Origin: Phaeosaccion multiseriatum
Lineage: Eukaryota > Protista > Ochrophyta, other classes
Assembly (NCBI GenBank): GCA_965112735.1
Contig: OZ218953.1
Location: forward strand, 5,208,001 to 5,272,000
Direction: 5' to 3'
Length of the DNA: 64,000 bases
Shown here: positions 1 through 15,208 of the stretch, in pieces
Layout: every line of letters begins with the position of its first letter
Position numbering within the stretch: the stretch's first letter is position 1
Translations under genes and position numbers: made by a program
Notes under the pieces: model-generated
Seen by the model: only the letters and a program-made list of their open reading frames with translations
What the model was told of the DNA's origin: nothing
Database searches by the model: none

Positions 1-118
1 TCCCCTTTTCTCTCCTCCTCTTCTTCAAGGAAGGGGTCCAAGTCGCCTCAGATTAACTAGTAGGAGGGTGTATCTCACCGAGGATACGAAGCTGGAAGGC
101 AGCACCGGAATAGACAAG

Positions 119-2481
119 ATGGATGGATGTCCTTGTCAGCCAAGGAGAAGGAGGAGAAGGAGGGGTGGTGGGCACTTGTCAGTGCTTACCTGTGCCCTAC
201 TCCTCGCTGCTGCGGCAGCACCAGCGCTCGCATGGAGCTCAGGAGGGTCGTTCCTACAGTCCCACCGCCACACCCGCCTCTCCCAGCAGTGTAGAGCACG
301 AGCACGACAAGGAGGTGCACGATGTGCAAGGCCGACATCTCTCTCGATGAAGTTCCAGCAGCTGGAAGACCTGAAGGAAGGCGTGATTAAGAATGACCCA
401 GAGTGGCAGTTCTTTGACGTGGCCAAGATTAACGTCAAGGGGGGGGACGGAGGAGATGGCTGTGTGGCTTTTCGAAGAGAAAAGGGCATTGCCTTCGGAG
501 GGCCCAGTGGGGGCTCAGGAGGAGACGGAGGCTCCATCATCCTCAGATGCGATAAGCGCCAGAACACCCTGTCGTCAGTGCGGAACAAGGTGCACCACAA
601 AGCAACCAAGGGACAGACAGGACAGGTGGGTAGGTGTGGACGTTTTTGCCCTGACTCGCTGCTTCCATGTCATGACAAGGTTTGGGTGGTGCTTGACTCA
701 CTGCTTCCATTGTACCTGCCTTCTATTGATGTAAATATATACTCATGAGATAGATGCCACAGCTTTGGGTCCCAATTCTTTCTCAGTTTCGTTTCGTCTT
801 TCTTGTCCCCTCGCCTTTCCCACAATGGTGAAGTAGCCCCCCCCCTAATACCACCGCCACCACCACCACCACCACCACCACCACCACCACCGCCTCCTCG
901 TCCTCCTCCTCGTCCTCCTCCTCCTCCTCCTCCGCCTCCTCCCCAACCTCACAACCAAAAAACCGCAGGGCAAAAGTCGACACGGCACCGCAGGCAAAGG
1001 CGTCGTCGTAACGTGCCCCCCAGGCACCGTTGTAAGGGACGAGGAGGGCAACCTCTGCGGCGAGCTCAAGGAAGAGGGGCAAGAGATGGTGGTGGCCAAG
1101 GGGGGGAGAGGGGGGAGGGGAAACGAGGCATTCAAGACCAGCAGAAACATCGCACCCAAGCTGGGGGAGGTGGGGGAGCCGGGAGCGGAGCGATGGTTGA
1201 ACCTCGAGCTGAAGCTCATTGCCGACGTTGGGCTTGTGGGGGTGCCAAATGCGGGTAAGTCAGTAAGTCAGTAAGTCAGTGATGAAGCGTGTAAGGGAGA
1301 CGAGTGATTTGAATTGAACGAATTATTACACACGCATCCGATGGTGTTGTGTAAATAAGAGTGAGAGACTACAGAACCAACTTCCTTTTCTTTCTTTCGT
1401 TCTCTCTGGTTTTGGTTGCGTACTGTTTTCTCTTCCATTTCCCTTCTCCCTTTCCCCGCGACACCGACATGCATTCATTCAGTCAATTCTTTCATTCATT
1501 CATTCATTCATTCCATGTCTTCCCATGTATGTCGGGCGCTGTCTGTTCTCTGTTGCTTCTCTCCTCTTCCACCCCCTCCCCCTCCTCCCCTTTCTCCTCC
1601 TCGTCCTCCTCCTCCTCGTCCTTCTCCTCGTCCTCCTCCTCGTCGCTCGGTAGGCAAGAGCACTCTGCTCGGGGCTATCAGTAACGCACGCCCAAAGATT
1701 GCAGACTACCCCTTCACCACCGTTACTCCTAATCTCGGCGTTTGTGACTCCCGGGAAATCATGAACGAGGGAGAAGGCGTGGTGCTCGCAGACATCCCCG
1801 GCTTGCTGGAGGGGTGAGTAGGATAGTCAGTCCCTTGAGTCCCTTGTGAGTGGCTTGGCGTACAGTGCCTTCCTTTGCCTTGCCTTTGCTTTGCATTGCT
1901 ATATATTCTGCGCGCCTCGTGAACGTCATGCCCTTGCCCTTTCCTTTTCTTTGCTGTCATCGTGGTTCCCCCTCCGGCTGTCTTCCGGACGAAGCGTTAG
2001 CGATGTGCACTGTTTGCTCCCCTCTTCTCTTCGCTTTGACTTACTTCCCGCTCCTTCCTTATGTCTTTACTCGGGACGGGGGGTCACAGTCGAGGGGGTG
2101 GGAGGGGGGATTCGTGCACATACACTAGTAGAGCTGGAGAGCTGGTAGTAAGAGATGGTAACCCACCTTCTTGGGCGACCACATACGTAGTTCTTAGGTA
2201 TTCCTTTATGTCAGTGAATGTCACCCCGCTGACCCTAACCCTCCTCCCTCCCCCCCCTCAACACACACACACGTAACACACACCCACATATTCACATACA
2301 CACACGTAAACACACAAACACACACATACACACACACACACACACCGAGCAGCGCTCACTCCGGCACAGGCTTGGGTATTGCCTTCCTCCGGCACGTGCA
2401 GCGGTGTCGCGTCATTCTCCACATTGTCAACGGAGAGTCCCTCGACCCCGTCGGAGATTACAAAGTCATCATGCAGGTACG

Positions 2482-2524
<43 letters not shown>

Positions 2525-3708
2525 ATGGGTGTGTAGATGTGTGTGCATGCGTCCGTGTGTGCGTGTCGCCAAAAGCCAAGAGTCTAGAAGGAAAATCCCC
2601 CCCCTCCCTCACCCACCTCCGTTATCCCTCTCCCTCTCCCTCCTTTGCTCTTTCGCCGCTCTTCCCTCCCTCGCACGGACGTCTGTCTGCAATAGGAGCT
2701 GGAGCTCTTCAACCCCAAGCTACTAGAGAAACCCCAAGTGGTGGTGCTCAACAAGATTGACCTGCCCCACGTGAGGGCTCGGCAGGAGGAGCTCTCGGCG
2801 GAGCTCAAGGCCGTCTTGGGCCACACACGATTCATGGCCATCAGCGCCGTCGCTAAGGAGAACACCACAGAACTCATGAGGAGGGTGAGAAAACTCTTGG
2901 ACGCCACTCCACCACCGGTACGTACGCGGACGATGCATACCACACGCCACATGCCACATGCCACAGGCCTTTCTCTGGACGACCCTTCCTTCTGCTGCCT
3001 CTGATGGACTGAGACCCTTATTCTGTGCTGCCTCTAAAGGACTATAACCCTTACTCTGTGTGCTGCCTCTGATGGACTGAAACCCTTACTCTGTGTGCTG
3101 CCTCTGATGGACTGAAACCCTTACTCTGTGTGCTGCCTCTGATGGACTGAAACCCTTACTCTGGTCCTCAGGCTGACTTGTTTGAGGGTGAGGAGAGGCG
3201 GGACCTCGGAGACGAGAGCGACGAGGAATGGTTCAAGGTGGAAAGCGACCCCGCCTACCCCGGTCAGTTCCGTATTGTGGGCCCAAGGATCCAGAGGATT
3301 GCGAGGATGACAAGTTGGTAAGAGGAGAGGGAGAGCTTTTGTTTCAAGTCTTGGTCTAATGCATCGGATCGGGCCTCTGGTCTTAGGGGGTATTGTATTC
3401 CAATAAGCTCTCTCTCTCTTCTCTCTCTTTGGACTCTTCCCTCCCCTTCCCTTCTAAACCACCTCCTGCTCCTCCTTCCCCATCTCCTCCTCCTCCTCCT
3501 CCTCTTCTGCCCCCCCTCTCCCCCCCCCCCCAGGGACTACTACGAGGCTGTGGTGCGGTTCCAACGCATCCTCGACGCCATGGGCATCAGTGCTGAGCTC
3601 AAGCGCCAAGGGGCGGAGGACGGAGACCTCATCATGATCAATGATGTGGACTTTGACTACAGCTCCGAAAATGCAATGTGGGAGAATCTGGGGGACGAGC
3701 TGTACTAG
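119..3708 (+). CDS. obgE: Plastid-targeted ObgE/CgtA GTPase (7 exons)
   Basis: Obg fold ([36 protein letters not shown]), G1 [12 protein letters not shown]2 YPFTT, G3 DIPG, G4 NKID and an OCT-like C-terminus. GT-AG exons that keep the frame: 119-625, 969-1254, 1654-1813, 2353-2476, 2696-2917, 3172-3317, 3534-3708. The N-terminus has a hydrophobic signal ending ALA-W, then an S/R-rich transit-like peptide. Confidence 0.93.
2990..3163. repeat. Intronic minisatellite, about 35-bp unit (TGCTGCCTCTGATGGACTGAAACCCTTACTCTGTG) x about 5
   Basis: Tandem copies are directly visible in obgE intron 5 and end just before the acceptor. Confidence 0.9.
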
Positions 3709-4310
3709 CATCGACTCCGAAAGTGCGATGTGGGAGAATATGGGGCTACGTCTGTCCATGTGGGAGAATATGGGGCGATGTCGGCTCATGTGGGACAAGT
3801 TGGGAGATGAGTTGTGCGAGTATCCAAAGAATTGTAACGGTATTGTAACGGTATTTGCCATTGTGATGATACTGTTGGAAGGGGGTGGATAGGGCCTGTT
3901 CCTCTCCCTCTGTGATAGGGCCGGCTATGGATGCCCGACATCGAAACGACAAACCCTTCGAAGCACGATTGTATAATATGTGTATGCGCCTCTCTCGGGA
4001 AAGGGCAAAGCGATGCGAGACGAAGGAGTATGCAGGGGGAGGGTGTTCTCAGTGTTCTCCCTCCCCTTCCCTTTCAGACGTGAAGAGATGTGCTAAATAC
4101 TCCCTGCCGTTGCTCTTCCGCTGTGCTCGTTGGTCATCATCATCGGGCAGCACAGCAGCAGCAACGGTTGGGGATACAGCAGCAGCCCAGCACGGCGGCT
4201 GGCGGCCACGAGGTGAAACACAATGCTCTTTGTATGCATCCCACTCTCGCTCCAAGCCTTCCCTCGGCAGCACATCAAGCCAACAGTAAAGCTAAAAATA
4301 AACCCCCACC

Positions 4311-5213
4311 TCACTCCTCTTCTTCCTCGTCCTCCTCCTCCACGTCCTCCTCCTCCTCCTCCTCGTCCTGATCATCGTCCGCCAACGCGCCAGCCAAATC
4401 ATTCATCAGCTCCACAATGCCTTCGTCCTGCCCCGCCCCCTCGTCGCCCTCCTCCCCCCCCCCGGCCTCCCTCCTATTAACAAAGTGAGAGAGCTGCTGC
4501 TCTGCCTCATCAAGGGCTTCCTCGGCCATAATCTCGATGTCCTCCTCCTCCTCAGGCTCCTCCACCGCCCCTTCTGCTCCTCGCCCTCCCATCCCCTCGA
4601 AGCTATCATCTGTGTAACTCATGCTAATGTGCTCACTAATGTGCTCTGCAGTCACTTCCATGGCCCTCGCTGTGCCCATACCCCCTCCCATAGCCTTGGC
4701 TTCAGAAGACTCCTTCTCCTCCTCCTCCTCCTCCTCCTCCTCCTCCTTCCCACTGTCCCTCCCCCCCGCGAATCGGAAAGGGTCGGACCGTTGGCCTCCT
4801 CCTCCCACCAGCACTTGTCCTTCCCCTCCCTCCTCTTCGTCCAGTGCCATCTTGTGGTCGAGCAGGTCCTTCCTGGGTCCCGCCCGAGCAGAGGGCAGGG
4901 TCTGCTGCTGCAGAACCTTCATCATCCTCCCCTCCTCCTCGCCTCGGCCGTCGCCAGCGGTGAGGGGCACGGCTCCAGGACGATGATGAGAATCACCAAC
5001 TGCTCTACTACTTGCTGCTGCACCGGAATGAGGCGCAGCACTCCCACTTCGAGTGGGGCCCTTCTTTTCCGCCGCTCTGGCGGCTGCTGTGCTTCTTATA
5101 CCCGAACTGACGGCACTTCCAGAGCCCCCCCCATTAGATGCACCACCACCACGTCCTCCTCCTCCTCCTCCTCCTCCTCCTCCACCACCACCACCACCAT
5201 CATCATCATCAGT

Positions 5214-5249
<36 letters not shown>

Positions 5250-8200
5250 GAGGTCGATGCTGCTTCTCCTCCTGGCCTGCTGCTCTCGTCTATTCCGAAA
5301 CGCACCCAGCGCCTCCATGGCAACCTTTCGAGCCTTCTCGTTGCTAATCCGGCTTCCCTCGGCCTCTCCTCCAATGAGGGGTAGAGACCCAGAAGGGGGG
5401 CCGGCATTCTCCTTCTCCTTCTCTTTGTCCCCCGCTCCACCTGCCTCCCCTGCTGCTGTTGCCGTTAGTCCTCCAGCTGCAACTTCATCGTCAGGCCCGT
5501 CCTCTAGCACCCACCACTTGCCACCCTCCTTCTTTCCTTCCTCACCTCCTCCCCCTCCTCCTCCTCCGCCTCCTCCTCCTCCTCCTCCTGCTGCTGCTCC
5601 TCCTTCCCGCCCACCCTGGCCGCCAATGTTATCCCCACTCGCACCTTCTGCCCCTCCCCACCTCTTTCTCGGAGTGGTCCTCCGCCTGCCCTTGGTGGGG
5701 GCATGGTCACTACTGGCACTTGTGGCACTGCTGGCGTTGTCGCTCAAATCCACTTGAATGAGCGCCGGTTGCTTCTTCTCGTGCTCCTGCAACAGTCTCT
5801 GTCGGTCCTCGTGGTTCAGCCGCCTGGCCTCAGCCAGCTGCTGCACCCTCTTCTCCTTGTGCTCAGCCTCCTCCCTTTCAGCACCGCCGCCGCCTCCTCC
5901 TCTTCGCTGCCCACTCCCTAGGCTAATCTCTATGGCCAGTCCGCCCGTCGTCTTCTTCATTTTCTCTCCCAAGTAATCTGCCTCTGCTCTTCCTTCCTCT
6001 TCAGTGGTACCTACTCCGCCCCCTCCTCCTTCTACTCCGTCTCCTCCTCCTCCTCCTCCTCCTCCTGCTGCTGCTGCTGCTGCTCCTACCCCGTCTAACC
6101 GCTCCCTTTGCCGGATCTTCTCTGCTAGCTTTCTCTTCTCTTCCCAATGCAGTCTGTGGGCGGCAGCGAGTTGCTCCTGCCTCTTGTCTTCGTCTTGTCT
6201 TCTTGCTTCCGCCCCGCGCGCTCTCACCATCTCCTTTCGATCCACCAAATCGCCTCCTCCTCCTCCTCCTCCTCCTCCTCCTCCTCCTCCTCCTGCTGCT
6301 GCTGCTGCTCCTGAGCCCCCACTCTCGTTTCCCCAACTATTGCTGCCCCTCCTCTCAAGCCTGCTCCTGCTGTGCTGCCCTTGAGAAGAAGCAGCAGCAT
6401 GGCCCATAGGTGTCCGTGGCAAGCCACTTGCCACCCTCGGCGAGGGAAACCCCCCCTGCCCCATCCCACTCCCAGCGCTGCTGGTGGACCCTTCGCGACC
6501 TCGACTGCTGCCATCCACTCCCCCCATCCCACCCCTTCCGAGGTCAGCGTCACAGCGCCGTTTGATGGCAGCCGCAGCTTCTTTCCGTGCTAAGAACTCA
6601 TTGACAAGAGGGCTGGCGGCCCGCCCATGGGAGTGGGAGGCCTGGTGCTGGTGCTGGTGCTGGTGCTGGTGCTGGTGCTGGTGGTGGGCTGGTGAGTTGA
6701 TGGAAGAGGGAGATACCGAGCTTGAGGGTAAGGAGGAGCCTGACGACTGCCGTCGGAGCAAGTGCGGCCTGCTGTTGCTGCTGCTGCTGCTGCCGCTGCC
6801 GTTGCTGCCAAAGTTGTTTGGGGAAGAAGGGAGGTGAAAAGTGGACGAGCATGAGTTGATGAGTATGACTACCATACTACAGTATGTGTATGTATCAGTA
6901 CGTACCTTGATGGTTGCAGGTCCTGGCAGCTGCTGGACGACCTCCGATCGTGCGGCCCCCGAGGGCTGCTGCGCGTCCTGACACCACTGCCCACACTGCT
7001 GTCCGACGACTGGTGCTGGTGGTGGTGCTGGTGGGTTGGAGAGGGGCCCATGTTGTTGTCGCCCTCCCTGTGCTGCCCCCCATGCCCCCCTCCCTGCCCC
7101 TGCCCCTGTCCATGCCTTTCATGTAAAGCAGCCCCCCCGTCACCCCATTCTCTGCTTCCCGGCCGTGATGAGGCTGATCCGCCTCCCCTCCGACTCCGAC
7201 TGGTGGTGCTTCTGTCCCCTGCCCCCTCGTGGCCGTCTGCCCTGGTGCTGTCGCTCACACCACCCCCCCGCGCCCCCTTCTCTTGAGCGTGATGGTGTTG
7301 GCCAGAGGACTCACCTCTCGCCGCCGCCTTTGCCTCTGCGCTTCCTCCTCCGAACCGCGGAACAATGCCCTGCAAGGCCTTCTCCACGCCCCCCCCCCCC
7401 GGGTCCATTCGCCCCCCCCGGGTCGAGATTCCCTCCGAGGCCCTCTGCGCCTCCCGTTCCCTTTTGAATGGTGTGAGAGAGCAGTCGGCTGATGTGCGTC
7501 TGGAGATAGTTGCTCCGAAGAATGCCATTGATGCTGGGTCTGTCGTCCGGCTTCTTTGCAAGGAGCTGCTTGACGAGGTGACGGCACTCCTTGCTATAGT
7601 ACTGGCTCAGCGCCGGAGGCTCTTTCCGGCAAATCTTATTGGCCAGAGCCGGCAGGTTTGTCGCCTGGAAGGGGACCTGTAATGCCAGGAGCTCGTAAAG
7701 AATCACGCCCACTGCCCAGATGTCACTCTTGCGGCCGTACGGCTGGTCCTGACAGAGCTCTGGAGAGAGATAGTAGGGAGTGCCTTGGGGTGGTTGTTGT
7801 TGGGCAAAAGGGTGGTTGGGAGGGGGGCAGGAGGAAGGGCGGCTGTCAGAGTTGGTGGTGGCTGGTGACAGACTGTGAGGGGACAAGCCCTTTGCATCAG
7901 GGGGGGGGGGGGGGCGGTGCTGTCTGTCACACAACACGGTGATCGTAGGTAGAAAGAGGGCGGCTGGATTAGCTGAGTCATAATGTGTGTACCTATGCAA
8001 TCGACTCTTCCCTTCACTACTCTCACCAATCTGAGTGCGCGCCTGGTCTGCGGAGCCGTCCATCAGCTTCGCAATCCCAAAGTCGCCCAGCTTGACCACC
8101 CCGTTCTTGGTCAGGAAGATGTTGGGCGACTTCAAGTCTCGGTGCAAGATCTTCTTGCCATGTACATGCTTCAATGCCACGCAGATCTGCACAAAGATGC

Positions 8201-8528
8201 GCATGACTTCGGCCTCCGTCAGCGGCTGCCGACTCCGCCGTCGGGCCTTGACCAGCGCAGCGAGGTCTCCCCCGTCCGCATAGTCCATGACAATATACAG
8301 CTTTTCTCGCTCCTTGAAGTTCTCAATATACATGACAATGTTGCTGTGGTGCATCTTACTGAGCAACTCCGCCTCCTTGAGCGTGGCCTCCTTCTCCGCT
8401 TGGGGCAGGTGCCCGATCGCAATCTCCTTGACCACAAAGTGCTTCTTGGGATCCTTCCGATCCTGGACCAGAATAGCAGCGCCATAGGCCCCCCTCCCAA
8501 GCTCCTTGACTCGCACGTACTTGTCCAT
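4311..8528 (-). CDS. NIMA-related (NEK1-like) Ser/Thr kinase with a long low-complexity/coiled-coil tail
   Basis: Kinase motifs MDKYVRVKELGRGAYG, HRDLKSPNIFL, KLGDFGIAK, IG|TPYYLSPE, KSDIWAVG. Exons about 8528-8027, 7783-6906 and 6804-4311. Exon 2 needs a frame change near the C-runs at 7389-7419. Confidence 0.88.
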
Positions 8529-9012
8529 CGCTGCTGGCTAGATTCGCTCTCTCTCTCTGTTCTCGTCCTCCCTCTCTCCCCGGGCCTTCTTTCCTTCCTT
8601 TCCGCCCCTCCTCTCCTGCTCCTACGTGAGATCGTCGGTCGTCGTCATCCCCGCTCTCTGCGGTGGCGAGTGTGGGCACGAGCCTGTTGCATAAATCTTT
8701 CAAGCAGCTCGCTGCTGCTTGCAAAGCCCGCCCCTCCTGTTGTGTACGTCTCTTTGAACGTTTCGTTACTTTTACCACCCCAGCGCCCAAGCACCCATTC
8801 ACACACAGAGAGTTTTTTATAGAGCGACCATGCGCAAGAGGATGGGTCGACGGAGTGGAAAGGGGTAGAAGACGAGCGGCTCGTCCAGTGGAGCAGCAGC
8901 AGGGTGTCTGCAGTCCCAAACTCGTTGGAACTGGAACAGTCAAACCCGGTGACGTTAAGGACGTCCATGAGGCCAAGGTAGAGGGAGGAACACTTAGCAA
9001 GCAGAGCAAGGG

Positions 9013-13330
<4,318 letters not shown>

Positions 13331-13796
13331 GTTCGACCAAGAGGGTCTTGGTTCGACGACTAGGTGCGACTAGGGGATAGGGCATGCAGTAGGGCAGGGT
13401 CAAGTTCCAAATCCTAGACCAGGGACAGAGTGGAGGGGGGGCGGAGGGCGCGGTGACGCGGTGACCCCAACTCGCCCCAACCAAAAGGAATGAAGTTCCA
13501 AAACTCTCACCCCTGGAAATCAGAACACTCGACATAAGAAATAGAGCTCGTCATTTTTTTTTTCTCCTCCTCTCTCGCCTCTTTCTACACTACAAAAAGC
13601 CTTACCGCTCCACTGCGCTCCACTCTGTGCCTGGTGCTGCTATAACGCACCTTGTCTGCTCGCCTCTTACTCCAGGCTGCGGGCGGCGCGTTTTTTGGAG
13701 AAGAAATTGGCCTTGCCTCGCCACCTCGCCCATGATTAGTGGGGTTCGGCTTCCACCGAGAGCGTAGAGGGTTCTCCCGCGCTGGTTGTCGTTCCC

Positions 13797-15167
13797 ATGC
13801 CAGATCATGAGGAGGAGCAGGAAAAGGAGCCGCAGGATGCGCAGGACAACCTACCAACGCTGCCGGAGCCGCAGCAGTCCCAGCAGGGGGGCGACAAAGA
13901 TGGTGGCAGCAGCAGCAGCAGCTCCAACGGCAGTAGCAGGAGGAGGAGCGCAGTTAAGATCGAAGAAGCGATTGAAGACGTGGTCGACGTCAGCAGTAGC
14001 AGCGCAGGCAAAGGTGACAGATTAGCTGAAGGAGGCACTAGCGGAGGCGAAGAGGGCATATTTCATCCTCCTTTTGATCCTCATGATCCTCATGATCCCC
14101 ACCAGCAGCAGCAGCAGCACTATCACCAGCACTATCACCCGTCCCCGCCTTCCCTGTATCAGCAGCAGCAGGAGGAGGACAACGACCAGAGGCGTGAGCC
14201 ACAGCGGCGCTTGTCGACTGGTCCCCCCCTCTTTCCAAAGGCAGAAGCAGGTGATCGGCGGGGGATGATACCGGCGCCCAGAAGGGAGGCGTACGGGTAT
14301 GGGGAAGGAGAAGGCGGTTCCAGTGCCAGAAGCAAATGGAACATCGCTGCTGCTGGTGGTGGTGGTGGTGGTGGTGGTGCTCGTGGTGGCGGAGGTCCTG
14401 CTCCTCCTCCTCCTCCTCCTGCTCCTGCCCTTGCTCCTGCAGTATCGAAGCGCCCCCTTACCAAGTCCTTCGCTACAACATTGTACGAGATTTTGGAAAA
14501 GGAGGACCCTCAGGTGGTAAAATGGAGCTCCAGCGCGAGGGCGTTTTGCGTCATTGACTTGCAGAGATTCTGCGACGAGATCATGCCCAAGTACTTTAAA
14601 CGTGAGTGGAGAGAGGACGTGCGGTAGAGGGAACGCGAATGGGTACTGTCCCCTTTCTACTGCCTCGCATCTTCCCCTCCTGCCTCTGCCTCTCCTTCAC
14701 CTCCACCCTCGTTCTGCAAGAAAAAAGCACTTTGTTCTCGTCTGTTTTCTCCCTCTGCCATCATCTTGAAAGTTGCACTCAAAACCATACTCTGTCCTAA
14801 TCTCTCTCTCTCCCATCCAAAACCGCACACACGCACACACACTCTCCCTCTCTCTTTCCCCTCTTCCTTTCCAAACGCACTCACTCACTCCCATTCCGTT
14901 TCAATGCCTTCGTCCCTCACTGCTCAACCACCAACAAACAGACACTCGGTTCTCCTCCTTCCAGCGCCAGCTTAACCTCTACGGTTTCAGAAAACTTGTG
15001 CGAGGCGTGGAGGCAGGCTGCTACATACACATCAACTTCGTCAAGGACCGGCCGGACCTGCTGACTAAGGTGTGTCGAGGCTCCATGCCCGATCTCCCTC
15101 CCGATCTTGCCTCTGACGCCCATGGCCAAGGCATGAGTGGGGGTGTAACAGCTCGAGAGCGGCCTTC

Positions 15168-15208
<41 letters not shown>

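Noticed and set aside
68-118. ORF-track starts at GTG/TTG (for example 68, 31778, 48750, 50635)
   Set aside because: In a eukaryotic context the first suitable ATG was used instead.
2990-3163. 35-bp repeats of CRISPR-like length
   Set aside because: The repeats are directly adjacent with no unique spacers, lie inside a spliceosomal intron, and there are no cas genes.
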